Below, one piece after another: positions 32,158-40,272 of a stretch of 64,000 bases of DNA (within the stretch, counting starts at the first letter, position 1; each line of letters starts with the position of its first letter). The translations under genes were made by a program, and so were the position numbers. This DNA comes from Longimicrobiales bacterium. Its GTDB lineage: Bacteria > Gemmatimonadota > Gemmatimonadetes > Longimicrobiales > Gaopeijiaceae. The stretch is taken from NCBI GenBank assembly GCA_963664435.2, contig CAXXKM010000003.1, positions 256,001 through 320,000 of the forward strand, written 5' to 3'. The notes under the pieces are model-generated. The model made no database searches, was not told the origin of the DNA, and saw only the letters and a list, made by a program, of their open reading frames with translations.

Positions 32158-34400
32158 CTCCCCCTGTGCAGGAGGGTCTGGACACCAGAATCCATTCCAC
32201 CTTCGAGTGGGTTCTGGCCAAGCTGCCCTCCAGATGGGGCGACAAGATTCGCGCAGCCACGGGGAACCGCTTCGGGATCGCGAGCCAGATCTGGGTGGGG
32301 CTGGGTGGGGGCGTGACCCTGACTCTGGTGGCGAGCCTGCTGGCCCTGGGTCTCATGACGATCGTCAACGCGAGCCAGCGGGAAGTCACCGGCACCTACA
32401 TGCCGGGGATGATCGCCGCCTTCGACGTGGCCCGCAGCAGCTCGGAACTGGTGCGTGCTTCGCCCAGGCTGATCGCGGCCGATACGCCGGAGGACCTGGA
32501 GCTGGTCGACCTCGATGTGGCGCGGGAAGAGGAATTCCTGCGCACCCGCATCGGGGAAATGACGGGTGCCGGACTCGAGGGCGAACAGCAGGACTCGGTC
32601 GTCCGGCTTGCCTCGACCCTTGTCGAGAGCATCGACCTCATCCGCGAATCGGTGGCCCGGCGGATGAATTATCGGGCCCAGGTGAGCGAGCTGGAACGCG
32701 AGGTGCTGGAGGTTACGCTGGGAACCGAACTCCTCCTGGTCATCGAGATCGACGATCAGGAGTTTTTCATGGAGACGGGCTTGCGTGAGCTCACCGACCA
32801 GCCTGCGCCGATTTCCGCCAGAAACGCGCCCGCCGAGCTGGACCAGTACAGAGGGCTGCTCAACTATCAGGCGACCCAGAACGAGGTTTCCGTCCTCATC
32901 CAGCGTGCGCTCACGCAGGACGACCCGGGCCTGCTGCAGACGAACCGGGAGAGAGTGACGGCGGCGATGGGCGACCTCGAGGATGCCCTCGACGACCTGC
33001 AACCCGCGACGACCGAACTGTTCAGGCCTTCCTTCCAGGCCCTGGGCGACCTTTATTCGGCCGCGGACGGGATCTTTACGATTCGCACACTCGAGTTGGC
33101 CGAGCTGGCCGAGTCCGAGGAGTATCTGGCCCTTAACGAAGCGATCACCAACGACCTGCTCGCGCTCGTTCAGCCGCTCGTGGAGAACGCGGAGATCTCC
33201 ACCCAGGAGGCGGCGGACCGGTCGGCCACCCTGCTGCAGATCGGCTGGTGGACGATTCTCGCGGTAAACGTCCTCGCCGTGCTGGCGGCCGTCTTCGGGG
33301 GCTGGAAATTCTTCGGTGAGCGGCTGCTGGTCCGCCTGCGCCACCTTTCCGACGTGATGCGCCGCATGTCCAGGGGCGAACTGGAAGCGAAGCTCGAGAT
33401 CGCCGGCAACGACGAGGTCACCGACATGGCGGGCGCGCTCGAGGTCTTCCGGCAGCACGCCATCGAGGTTCAGCGTTTGAACCTGTTGGAAGCGCTCGCC
33501 ACCGAGGTCCAGGACAAGAACGCGGAGCTCGAGAGCACGCTGGACGAGCTTCGGCGCACGCAGGAGCAGGTCATCACCCAGGAGAAGCTGGCGTCGCTGG
33601 GGGCCCTGACGGCGGGCGTGGCGCACGAAATCCGCAACCCCCTCAACTTCGTCAACAACTTCGCCGCGCTTTCCGTCGAATTGATCGACGAGTTGCGGGA
33701 AGAACTCGGGCTCGAAGACGAGAGCAGCAGCAACGGCGATGGCTCGGGGCCGCTCACCGCGGCGGGGGATGAAGAGCTGACCGAAATCGTGGATGAGATC
33801 CTGGGCGATCTCCAGCTCAACATCTCCAAGGTCAAGGAGCACGGCGACCGCGCGAACCGGATCGTCGACGGCATGCTGGCCCACTCCCGTGACGAGGCCG
33901 GTCAGATCGAGTCCATCGACATCAATCTGCTGGTGGAGGAATACACCAAGCTCGCCTACCACGGGATGCGCGGCACGGATGCCACCTTCAACGTGACCAT
34001 CACCCGGGAACTGGACCCCGATGCGGGCCGTGTCGACGGCATCGCCCGCGACCTCAGCCGGGTCATCCTGAACATCGTCACCAACGCCTGCCAGGCCACT
34101 CAGATGCGCGGCAAGGCGGAAGGCCGCGGGTACTCCCCCACCCTCCTGGTGTCCACCGAAGGGCAGGGCGATGCCGTGCGGATCAGGATTCGAGACAACG
34201 GCACCGGCATGCCCGAGAGCGTCGTCCGCAAGATCTTCGACCCCTTCTTCACCACCAAGTCGGGGACTCAGGGCACCGGGCTGGGGCTGTCGATCTCACA
34301 CGAGATCGTGCGCGAACACGAAGGGCAGCTTGCCGTGGACACGAAAGATGGCGAGTACACGGAGTTCAGCATCGTCCTGCCGCGGGCGAAGGCAAAATAG
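32154..34400 (+). CDS. sensor histidine kinase with TorS-like helical periplasmic domain and HAMP
   Basis: ATGA overlap with the binding-protein gene; two TMs flanking a helical domain; HAMP (GNDEVTDMA); EKLASLGALTAGVAHEIRNPLN, DNGTGM, FFTTK and GTGLGL. Confidence 0.92.
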   Translation: MTPPVQEGLDTRIHSTFEWVLAKLPSRWGDKIRAATGNRFGIASQIWVGLGGGVTLTLVASLLALGLMTIVNASQREVTGTYMPGMIAAFDVARSSSELVRASPRLIAADTPEDLELVDLDVAREEEFLRTRIGEMTGAGLEGEQQDSVVRLASTLVESIDLIRESVARRMNYRAQVSELEREVLEVTLGTELLLVIEIDDQEFFMETGLRELTDQPAPISARNAPAELDQYRGLLNYQATQNEVSVLIQRALTQDDPGLLQTNRERVTAAMGDLEDALDDLQPATTELFRPSFQALGDLYSAADGIFTIRTLELAELAESEEYLALNEAITNDLLALVQPLVENAEISTQEAADRSATLLQIGWWTILAVNVLAVLAAVFGGWKFFGERLLVRLRHLSDVMRRMSRGELEAKLEIAGNDEVTDMAGALEVFRQHAIEVQRLNLLEALATEVQDKNAELESTLDELRRTQEQVITQEKLASLGALTAGVAHEIRNPLNFVNNFAALSVELIDELREELGLEDESSSNGDGSGPLTAAGDEELTEIVDEILGDLQLNISKVKEHGDRANRIVDGMLAHSRDEAGQIESIDINLLVEEYTKLAYHGMRGTDATFNVTITRELDPDAGRVDGIARDLSRVILNIVTNACQATQMRGKAEGRGYSPTLLVSTEGQGDAVRIRIRDNGTGMPESVVRKIFDPFFTTKSGTQGTGLGLSISHEIVREHEGQLAVDTKDGEYTEFSIVLPRAKAK

Positions 34401-34447
34401 GATCTCGCCCGCGGAGCGCCGGTCGCCAGGCTTGGGCCAGGGTCAGG

Positions 34448-36001
34448 CTAGTTCTCCGCATCGACCCGGCCTCCCACGGCGGATTGATCGAGCGGGCTCC
34501 GGTACTGGATGGCCTCCGCCACGTGCGGTGCACCGACGCGCTCGCTTTCGCTCAGGTCGGCGATGGTGCGGGCCACGCGCAGGATCCGGTGATAGCCGCG
34601 CGCCGAGAGGCCCAGCGCGCGCACGGCCGTGCGCAACAGCCGGCGGCCTTCCGGCCCCGGCATGCACCAGCGTCGCATCCCCTCCGGTCCAAGCCGGCTG
34701 TTGTACGGAGCGGTTCCGTTCCGGCTTTCCCGCTGCTGCTGCCGGCCTCGGGCGCTCGCGACCCGGGCACGCACCTCGCGGCTCGACGTCCCCGTGTCCC
34801 GCACCTCGAGTTCGCCGACCGGCACGGCCGGCATGTGCACATGCAGGTCGACGCGATCCAGCAACGGCCCCGAAACCCGATTCCGGTAGCGGCGCATCGT
34901 GGGCTCGCCGCAGGAGCACCGCCCCGATCCGTCACCGTGGAACCCGCACGGACACGGATTCATCGAGGCGACCAGAGTGAAATGGCAGGGGTACGTGACC
35001 GCCTGACTGGCGCGTGAGATCGTAACCGTTCCGTCTTCAAGTGGTTGGCGCAGGGCTTCGAGGACGTGCCGGCGGAACTCCGGGAGTTCGTCGAGAAAGA
35101 GCACCCCCTGGTGCGCGAGGCTTACCTCGCCGGGTCGCGGCACGCGGCCACCGCCGACCAGCCCCGCGTCGCTGATGGTGTGGTGGGGGGAGCGGAAAGG
35201 GCGGCGCGTGAGAAGCGCCTCGCCGGAGGGCAGCCGTCCGGCTACGGAGTGAACCTTGGTCGCCTCAACCGCCTCTCGCAGGCCAAGCGGCGGCAGAATC
35301 CCGGACAGCCGCCGCGCGAGCATGGTCTTTCCGGCTCCGGGCGGGCCGCTCAGCAGCACATTGTGCCCTCCCGCGGCCGCCAGCAGCAGGGCGCGCTTCG
35401 CATGAGCCTGGCCCCGGACATCGGCCAGATCCGGCGCGTCCGCCGCCCCACCCCCCAGAAGGGCCAGGCCGTCCACTCTGGCCGGGGCGATGGGGCCCTC
35501 CCCGGTCAGATGCCGGATCACCTCCGGCAGACAGGACGCCCCGATCACCTCCACCGCCCCCGCCACCGCCGCCTCGCGCGCGTTTACGTCGGGAACCACG
35601 AGACCCTCCAACCCGTCGCAGCCGTGTGCGATCGAGAGTGCTCCCCGCACCGGGCGCAATTCGCCATCGAGTCCCAGCTCGCCCACAAACCCGTGACCGT
35701 CGACTTCCTCGGCCTGGAGGTGCCCGGCCACGACCAGAGCCGCGATCGCAATGGGAAGGTCGAAGGCGCTGCCGGTCTTGGGCACGTCGGCCGGCGCCAG
35801 GTTGATCGTGAGACGGCGGTGCGGGATCGGAAACCCGGCACTCGCGAGCGCGGCCGTCACCCGTTCGCGGCCTTCCCGCACCGCCCCCGCCGGCAGGCCG
35901 ACGATCGAGAACGACGGGAGGCCGGACGACAGGGTCGCCTCAACGCTGACCGGAAAGCTGTCGACCCCGTTCAGGGCGGCCGATCGGACCTGAGTGAACA
36001 T
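34448..36001 (-). CDS. comM: YifB/ComM Mg-chelatase-like AAA+ ATPase
   Basis: INLAPAD, FDLPIA, GPPGAGKTMLA, FRSPHHT, LFLDELPEF and MNPCPCG. Confidence 0.93.
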   Translation of the reverse strand: MFTQVRSAALNGVDSFPVSVEATLSSGLPSFSIVGLPAGAVREGRERVTAALASAGFPIPHRRLTINLAPADVPKTGSAFDLPIAIAALVVAGHLQAEEVDGHGFVGELGLDGELRPVRGALSIAHGCDGLEGLVVPDVNAREAAVAGAVEVIGASCLPEVIRHLTGEGPIAPARVDGLALLGGGAADAPDLADVRGQAHAKRALLLAAAGGHNVLLSGPPGAGKTMLARRLSGILPPLGLREAVEATKVHSVAGRLPSGEALLTRRPFRSPHHTISDAGLVGGGRVPRPGEVSLAHQGVLFLDELPEFRRHVLEALRQPLEDGTVTISRASQAVTYPCHFTLVASMNPCPCGFHGDGSGRCSCGEPTMRRYRNRVSGPLLDRVDLHVHMPAVPVGELEVRDTGTSSREVRARVASARGRQQQRESRNGTAPYNSRLGPEGMRRWCMPGPEGRRLLRTAVRALGLSARGYHRILRVARTIADLSESERVGAPHVAEAIQYRSPLDQSAVGGRVDAEN

Positions 36002-36222
36002 CGCCCCCCGCAGCCTGCCTCACGTGGTGCCGGACGGCGGGGACCGTCCCCGCGCCGGAGAAAGGTGGCGACGTTGCGGGGGCGTCCCCATGGCACGATG
36101 GGAACACCTGCTCGGGTGCCGGGCCGGGAAGCTATAAGTGACGTATACTGTCGTCTACTGACGAGATCTGGCAACTTCACATCGGACGGGCAGGACGATC
36201 GCCGGCTGCCGGCGGCCCGGAC

Positions 36223-36960
36223 TTAGTAGGGATCCCGGTTCTGGAGACCGAACGAGACCCCGAGGCGGAAAGAAAGGAAGTTGGTGTCGCCCCGCCGCGG
36301 GAACATGTCGATGCCCCCGCCTGGGAGATCCTCGATGTCGACCTCGGTCAGATACCGGGCCACCCCGTTGCGATGGTAGAACGCCGCCAGATCCAGGTCC
36401 ACAAAGACCTCTCGACGTGCCAGCCTTACCAGGATTCCGCCACCCCCGCGCCAGGCCAGCGAGGAATCCTTGAAGTTGGTGGTCTCGCCGAAGCCGTCCT
36501 CGTCGTGCTCATCCACTCCCTTCACGTACGAGTGCGTGTAGAAGTGGGCAAGTCCGACATTACCGGCCAGATACGGCCTCACCGGTCCGCCCGGCAGGAC
36601 CCACTCGGGGCCGAGGTTGAAGAGCAGAATGTCGTTCGCCGTCACCACGTCCAGCTGGATCCGGCACCCCACCGTGACGCTGAAACAGGCGGGCTGGGTA
36701 TTGGATCCGTAGCGGATGAAGCCGAAGTCGGCGCGCAGGCCGAATCCCGACGCCCCCGACGGGCTGTAGCGCACGTTGAGCGCCAGGCCAGGCGCCGTGC
36801 CCACGGACTCGGCAAAATGTCCCCGGGGTTCGCTGACGATTCCGCCGATGCCCAGGAACCATTGCGGGACGAGTTCCTCGGGTGCCTCCTGCGCGTGCGC
36901 ATTCGCCGCGAGGGCCGTGATCGCCGCCAACTGCACCAGAACCCTGCACACGCCGCGCAT
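36223..36960 (-). CDS. predicted outer-membrane beta-barrel protein
   Basis: GGAGG RBS before ATG at 36960; signal peptide ending ANAHA/Q; amphipathic beta strands (VRPYLAGNVG, FRLGVSF). Confidence 0.7.
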   Translation of the reverse strand: MRGVCRVLVQLAAITALAANAHAQEAPEELVPQWFLGIGGIVSEPRGHFAESVGTAPGLALNVRYSPSGASGFGLRADFGFIRYGSNTQPACFSVTVGCRIQLDVVTANDILLFNLGPEWVLPGGPVRPYLAGNVGLAHFYTHSYVKGVDEHDEDGFGETTNFKDSSLAWRGGGGILVRLARREVFVDLDLAAFYHRNGVARYLTEVDIEDLPGGGIDMFPRRGDTNFLSFRLGVSFGLQNRDPY

Positions 36961-37031
36961 GTGCCACCTCCCGCGTACCGGGGACCCGCGCCTCACCGGT
37001 GATGGTCCCGGCAGGCACCGGAGAAACAGAC

Positions 37032-37047
37032 TGCATACATCGTGCCA
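37032..37047 (-). promoter_or_regulatory. putative sigma54 (-24/-12) promoter
   Basis: Minus strand TGGCACG-ATGT-ATGCA versus consensus TGGCACG-N4-TTGCW (one mismatch); intergenic and pointing at the beta-barrel gene. Confidence 0.5.
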
Positions 37048-37095
37048 TGCGCCGGGCAGATCGCGCGCTTCGGCCGGCGGCGGTTCCCCGCGCCG

Positions 37096-38481
37096 CTAGA
37101 CCTCCTTGGTCTCGCGCACCAGGTCCACCATCGAGCCCTTGGCATCCCCGAAGAACATCATCGTGCGGTCGAGATAGAACAGGGGGTTGTCGATCCCCGC
37201 GAAACCCGGACTGAGGCTCCTCTTCATGACGATGACGCTGCGGGCCTCGTCCACGTCCAGGATGGGCATTCCTGCGATGACGGAATCCGGATTGCGGGCA
37301 TCGGGGTTGACCACGTCATTGGCTCCCACGATAAGCGCCACGTCCGTCGTCCGGAATTCGTCGTTGATCTCGTCGAGGTCGAAGAGCTGCGTGTAGGGCA
37401 CGTCGGCTTCGGCCAAAAGCACGTTCATGTGGCCCGGCATGCGTCCCGCCACCGGATGGATGGCGAACTTGACCTCCACGCCGCGCTCCTGGAGCAGGTC
37501 GGAGAGCTTGCGAATGTCGTGCTGCGCCTGGGCGACCGCGAGCCCGTAGCCCGGGACCACGATCACGGACTGCGCGTAGGCGAGCACCATGGCCGCCTGT
37601 TCGGCATCCACGTCCCGCACGGTCTTGCCCTCGCCGGCGGTGACCTGGGCGCCCGTGGAATCGGCCGCGCCGAACGCGCCGAAGACGACGTTGGCCAGCG
37701 ACCGGTTCATCGCCTTGCACATGAGACTGGTGAGGATCAGGCCGGCGGCGCCCACCAGCGCTCCGGAAATGATCAGGATCATGTTGCCGAGCACGAACCC
37801 GGCCGCCGAAGCCGCAAGCCCCGAGTACGAGTTGAGGAGCGAGATGACCACCGGCATGTCGGCGCCGCCGATCGGCGTGACCAGCAGGACCCCCAGCACG
37901 AGGGCGAGCCCGGTGAGAACCAGATACATCGTAACCGTGGCCTCGCCCGTTACCTGCATCGCGGCGATGACCAGAATCGCGGCGAAGAGCGCGGCATTCA
38001 GGGTTCTGGAGAAGGGGAACGTGAGCGGCGCCCCGGAAATGAAGCGCTGCAGCTTGCCGAAGGCGATGAAGCTGCCCGACAGCGTCACGGTCCCGATCAA
38101 GGTCGACAGGAGGATGGTGATCCCCGCCTCCAGGCCGAGGTCGCCTCCGCCCAGGCGGAAGAACTCGGCTGCCGCCACCACTCCGGAGGCACCGCCCCCG
38201 AGGCCGTTGAAGATCCCGACCATCTGCGGCATGTCGGTCATCTTGACGGTGCGCGCGGCGAATGCGCCGATGACCGATCCCAGGATGACACCGAGGCCGA
38301 TGAGCTGCCAGCTCAGGATTTCCTGCTCGAGCAGGGTCGCCACGATGGCGATCAGCATGGCGAGCGCGGCCATTCGGTTGCCTTGCCGGGCAGTGGCGGG
38401 CGAGCCAAGGCGCTTGAGCCCGAACACGAAGAGCGTGGCCGAGAGAAGATAGACGAGTTGCATCAGGGTATCGGGATTCAC
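37096..38481 (-). CDS. pntB: NAD(P) transhydrogenase subunit beta
   Basis: MTDMPQMV, IGGADMPVVISLLNSYSG, AMNRS, PGYGLAVAQAQH and HPVAGRMPGHMNVLLAEA. Confidence 0.97.
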   Translation of the reverse strand: MNPDTLMQLVYLLSATLFVFGLKRLGSPATARQGNRMAALAMLIAIVATLLEQEILSWQLIGLGVILGSVIGAFAARTVKMTDMPQMVGIFNGLGGGASGVVAAAEFFRLGGGDLGLEAGITILLSTLIGTVTLSGSFIAFGKLQRFISGAPLTFPFSRTLNAALFAAILVIAAMQVTGEATVTMYLVLTGLALVLGVLLVTPIGGADMPVVISLLNSYSGLAASAAGFVLGNMILIISGALVGAAGLILTSLMCKAMNRSLANVVFGAFGAADSTGAQVTAGEGKTVRDVDAEQAAMVLAYAQSVIVVPGYGLAVAQAQHDIRKLSDLLQERGVEVKFAIHPVAGRMPGHMNVLLAEADVPYTQLFDLDEINDEFRTTDVALIVGANDVVNPDARNPDSVIAGMPILDVDEARSVIVMKRSLSPGFAGIDNPLFYLDRTMMFFGDAKGSMVDLVRETKEV

Positions 38482-38553
38482 CGTGACTCCTCAGTAATCC
38501 GGGTATTCATGCGGGATGGTGGAAAACTATGCCGGCACGAGCCTCGGGCAGGG

Positions 38554-38841
38554 CTACTTCTTCCGACCCGGCTTGAACATCTCCAGCATGCGGTCGGTGA
38601 CCATGAAACCGCCCACGACGTTGATCATGGCCATGACGATCGCCGCGACGCCGAGTACGGCCGCAGTGGTGTCGTCGGCACGGGCCGCGACCACCAGGGC
38701 GCCGACGACGGCGATTCCGGAGATCGCGTTGGCTCCCGACATGAGTGGCGTGTGCAGCGTCGGCGGCACCTTGGTAATGACTTCGAATCCGACCATTACG
38801 GCCAGAACGAACACATAGAGACCGATCATCAACTCACCCAT
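38554..38841 (-). CDS. pntAb: NAD(P) transhydrogenase subunit alpha, part 2 (membrane)
   Basis: VPPTLHTPLMSGANAISG and NVVGGFMVTDRMLEMF. Start MGELMIG at 38841. Confidence 0.95.
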   Translation of the reverse strand: MGELMIGLYVFVLAVMVGFEVITKVPPTLHTPLMSGANAISGIAVVGALVVAARADDTTAAVLGVAAIVMAMINVVGGFMVTDRMLEMFKPGRKK

Positions 38842-38874
38842 GGGTTCTCCGCTGGGTTGGGGTTGCCGGGGGGC

Positions 38875-38929
38875 GGCACATGGCCGCTGCTGCGGCCGGA
38901 CGGGCACATGGCCGCGCTGCGGCCGGACG
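38875..38929. repeat. two tandem 28/27-nt units, each containing a GGCCGC...GCGGCC inverted repeat
   Basis: ggcacatggccgctgctgcggccggacg followed by ggcacatggccgcgctgcggccggacg, in the pntAa-pntAb spacer. Confidence 0.8.
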
Positions 38930-38991
38930 GGGCAAGCGGCTCGCCGGAATCCGGGGCACGGGAGACCGGCTGGCTGCGGACGTGGTCGCGG

Positions 38992-40140
38992 TCAACTCGA
39001 CAGACGCTCCCGGGTGCGGGCGTGAACGACCTCGCCATCGTGGGTCACGCACGAGCCGGAGACGACCTCGTCGTCAAAGTCGAGCTTGAGTTCCCCGTCC
39101 TCGACGATGTCCTGGAGGAAGGAGGTCACGTTGCGCGCGTACATCTGGCTGGCGTGGGTGGGCAGCTCGCTGGGGAGGTTCTCCGGGGCGACGATGATCA
39201 CCCCGTCGCGGACCACCACCTTGCCGTACTCGCTCAGCTCGCAGTTTCCACCCGATTCGCCCGCAAGATCGATGATTACCGATCCGGGACGCATGGTCGC
39301 CGCCATGGCCGCCGTGATCAGCACCGGCGCCCGCGCGCCGGGGATGTTGGCGGTGGTGATGACCGCGTCGGTGTCGGGCAGCCGCCCTCCGATGAGATCG
39401 AGCTCCTGCTGATGCTTCTCCTCCGACAGTGCCCGCGCGTAGCCGCCCTCGTCCTCGGCGGACTCGTCCAGCTCGGCCTCCAGGAACTTGGCGCCCAGGC
39501 TCTGGACCTGCTCCTTGACCGCGGGACGAATGTCGAAGGCTTCGACCACGGCGCCAAGACGGCGAGCGGTCGCGATCGCCTGGAGTCCGGCCACGCCGGC
39601 GCCGAGAATCAGGACCTTGCCGGGCGGTATGGTCCCCGCCGCGGTCATGAACATGGGCAGGAACTTGCCCAAGTGGGTCGCCGCGAGCAGCGAGGCGCGA
39701 TACCCGGCCACGGTGGCCTGAGAGGAGAGCGCATCCATCTTCTGGGCTCGCGTGATGCGAGGCACCTGGTCCATGGCCAGCGTCGTTACGCGGGCGTCCG
39801 CCAGTCGGCGTACGAGCTCCAGGTTCGCTACCGGGGAAACGAACGAGATCAGCACGATGCCTTCGGGCAGAGCGGCGATTTCGTCGGCGCTTCCGTTGGC
39901 GCCGGTGGAGGGCGGATTGATCTTCACGACCACGTCGCTGCCCTCCAGCGCCTGTGCGGCGCTTTCGCACACCGACGCGCCCACCTCGCGGAAGGCATCG
40001 TCGAGGAAGGAGGCCTCCTCCCCCGCACCGGTCTCCACCGCGACCTCGACGCCCATCTTCGCCAGGGCGCCGACTTCGGCGGGAACCAGCGCCACCCGGC
40101 GCTCTCCCGCGCGGCTCTCACGCAATACGCAGACCTTCAT
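38992..40140 (-). CDS. pntAa: NAD(P) transhydrogenase subunit alpha, part 1 (soluble dI)
   Basis: MKVCVLRES, ERRVAL, RITRAQKMDALSSQ, GAGVAGLQAI, EDEGGYA and GGNCE. Confidence 0.96.
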   Translation of the reverse strand: MKVCVLRESRAGERRVALVPAEVGALAKMGVEVAVETGAGEEASFLDDAFREVGASVCESAAQALEGSDVVVKINPPSTGANGSADEIAALPEGIVLISFVSPVANLELVRRLADARVTTLAMDQVPRITRAQKMDALSSQATVAGYRASLLAATHLGKFLPMFMTAAGTIPPGKVLILGAGVAGLQAIATARRLGAVVEAFDIRPAVKEQVQSLGAKFLEAELDESAEDEGGYARALSEEKHQQELDLIGGRLPDTDAVITTANIPGARAPVLITAAMAATMRPGSVIIDLAGESGGNCELSEYGKVVVRDGVIIVAPENLPSELPTHASQMYARNVTSFLQDIVEDGELKLDFDDEVVSGSCVTHDGEVVHARTRERLSS

Positions 40141-40272
40141 CCGCCTCTCCGCTGGAATGTCAGGATGTGCTCTCGGGGGCCCGGAGGCCGGTCCAGACGG
40201 CTTGCCCGGGAAAAAACCCCCCATTAGATAACGAGCCCGCGACATGGCCGCAACGGCGCGCGGGCGGCGCGT

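Noticed and set aside
36089..37049. 12-bp inverted repeat CATGGCACGATG flanking the beta-barrel gene
   Set aside because: No transposase or target-site duplication; one 12-mer match is plausible by chance, and one copy is explained by the sigma54-like site.
37042..40227. Very long antisense or alternate-frame ORFs (this 1061 aa one, also 13573..16749, 47513..50497, 42398..44596)
   Set aside because: They are shadows of well-supported genes in high-GC DNA, with Arg/Gly/Pro-rich translations and no family motifs.
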